A stretch of 63,127 bases of DNA, counting the filler, from Cercozoa sp. M6MM (lineage: Eukaryota > Protista > Endomyxa: Ascetosporea), in the NCBI GenBank assembly GCA_040357565.1. It is 10 parts of 10 records of this genome, joined end to end, with 100 filler letters (N's around TTAATTAATTAA, not from the genome) between each part and the next. Parts side by side here need not be neighbours in the genome. Positions count along the whole stretch, not along the records: positions 59,679 to 63,127 come from JBDODJ010001452.1; 9 more parts are not named here. One strand, 5' to 3'. A program made the translations under genes and the position numbers. Positions 63,116 through 63,127 of this stretch are shown piece by piece (positions within the stretch are counted from its first letter, which is position 1; every line of letters begins with the position of its first letter). The notes beneath the pieces are model-generated. The model was not told the origin of the DNA, did no database searches, and saw nothing but the letters and a program-made list of their open reading frames with translations.

Positions 63116-63127
63116 TGGGGGGGGGGT

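Overview
Eukaryotic nuclear DNA from an intron-rich, gene-dense protist. A K+-dependent H+-PPase argues against animals and fungi; SAR/Rhizaria is only a guess. The window is not one locus: nine artificial 100-nt linkers (N44-TTAATTAATTAA-N44) join ten unrelated contigs, so gene neighbourhoods across linkers mean nothing. The six-frame ORF track is mostly uninformative because genes are split by many GT-AG introns, typically 50-110 nt. Splicing by eye gives about 28 genes or fragments: vacuolar H+-PPase, prohibitin, an ER-lumen-type orphan, an F-box protein, HPS5/TECPR2-like, DNA pol alpha subunit B, a small secreted Cys-rich protein, an RNF213-like RZ-finger ligase, a USP, a multi-exon surface protein, CBP20, POT1-like, SNAPC3, an HhH protein, carbamoyl-phosphate synthetase, DNA ligase I, VPS45, Nup205-like, an ABCD transporter, MyTH4-WW, SAMHD1-like, HMG-box and gelsolin-like proteins, plus a LINE-type RNase H relic. 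No rRNA, tRNA or CRISPR array was seen. The most unusual signal is in the introns. Many are built from strand-biased tandem repeats (TTACCCC, TTGAG, TGAC-based, GGGTA, mini-hairpins). In at least two cases the repeat unit itself supplies the splice sites, suggesting ongoing intron birth from repeat expansion. All gene models are manual and unverified by RNA or database search.
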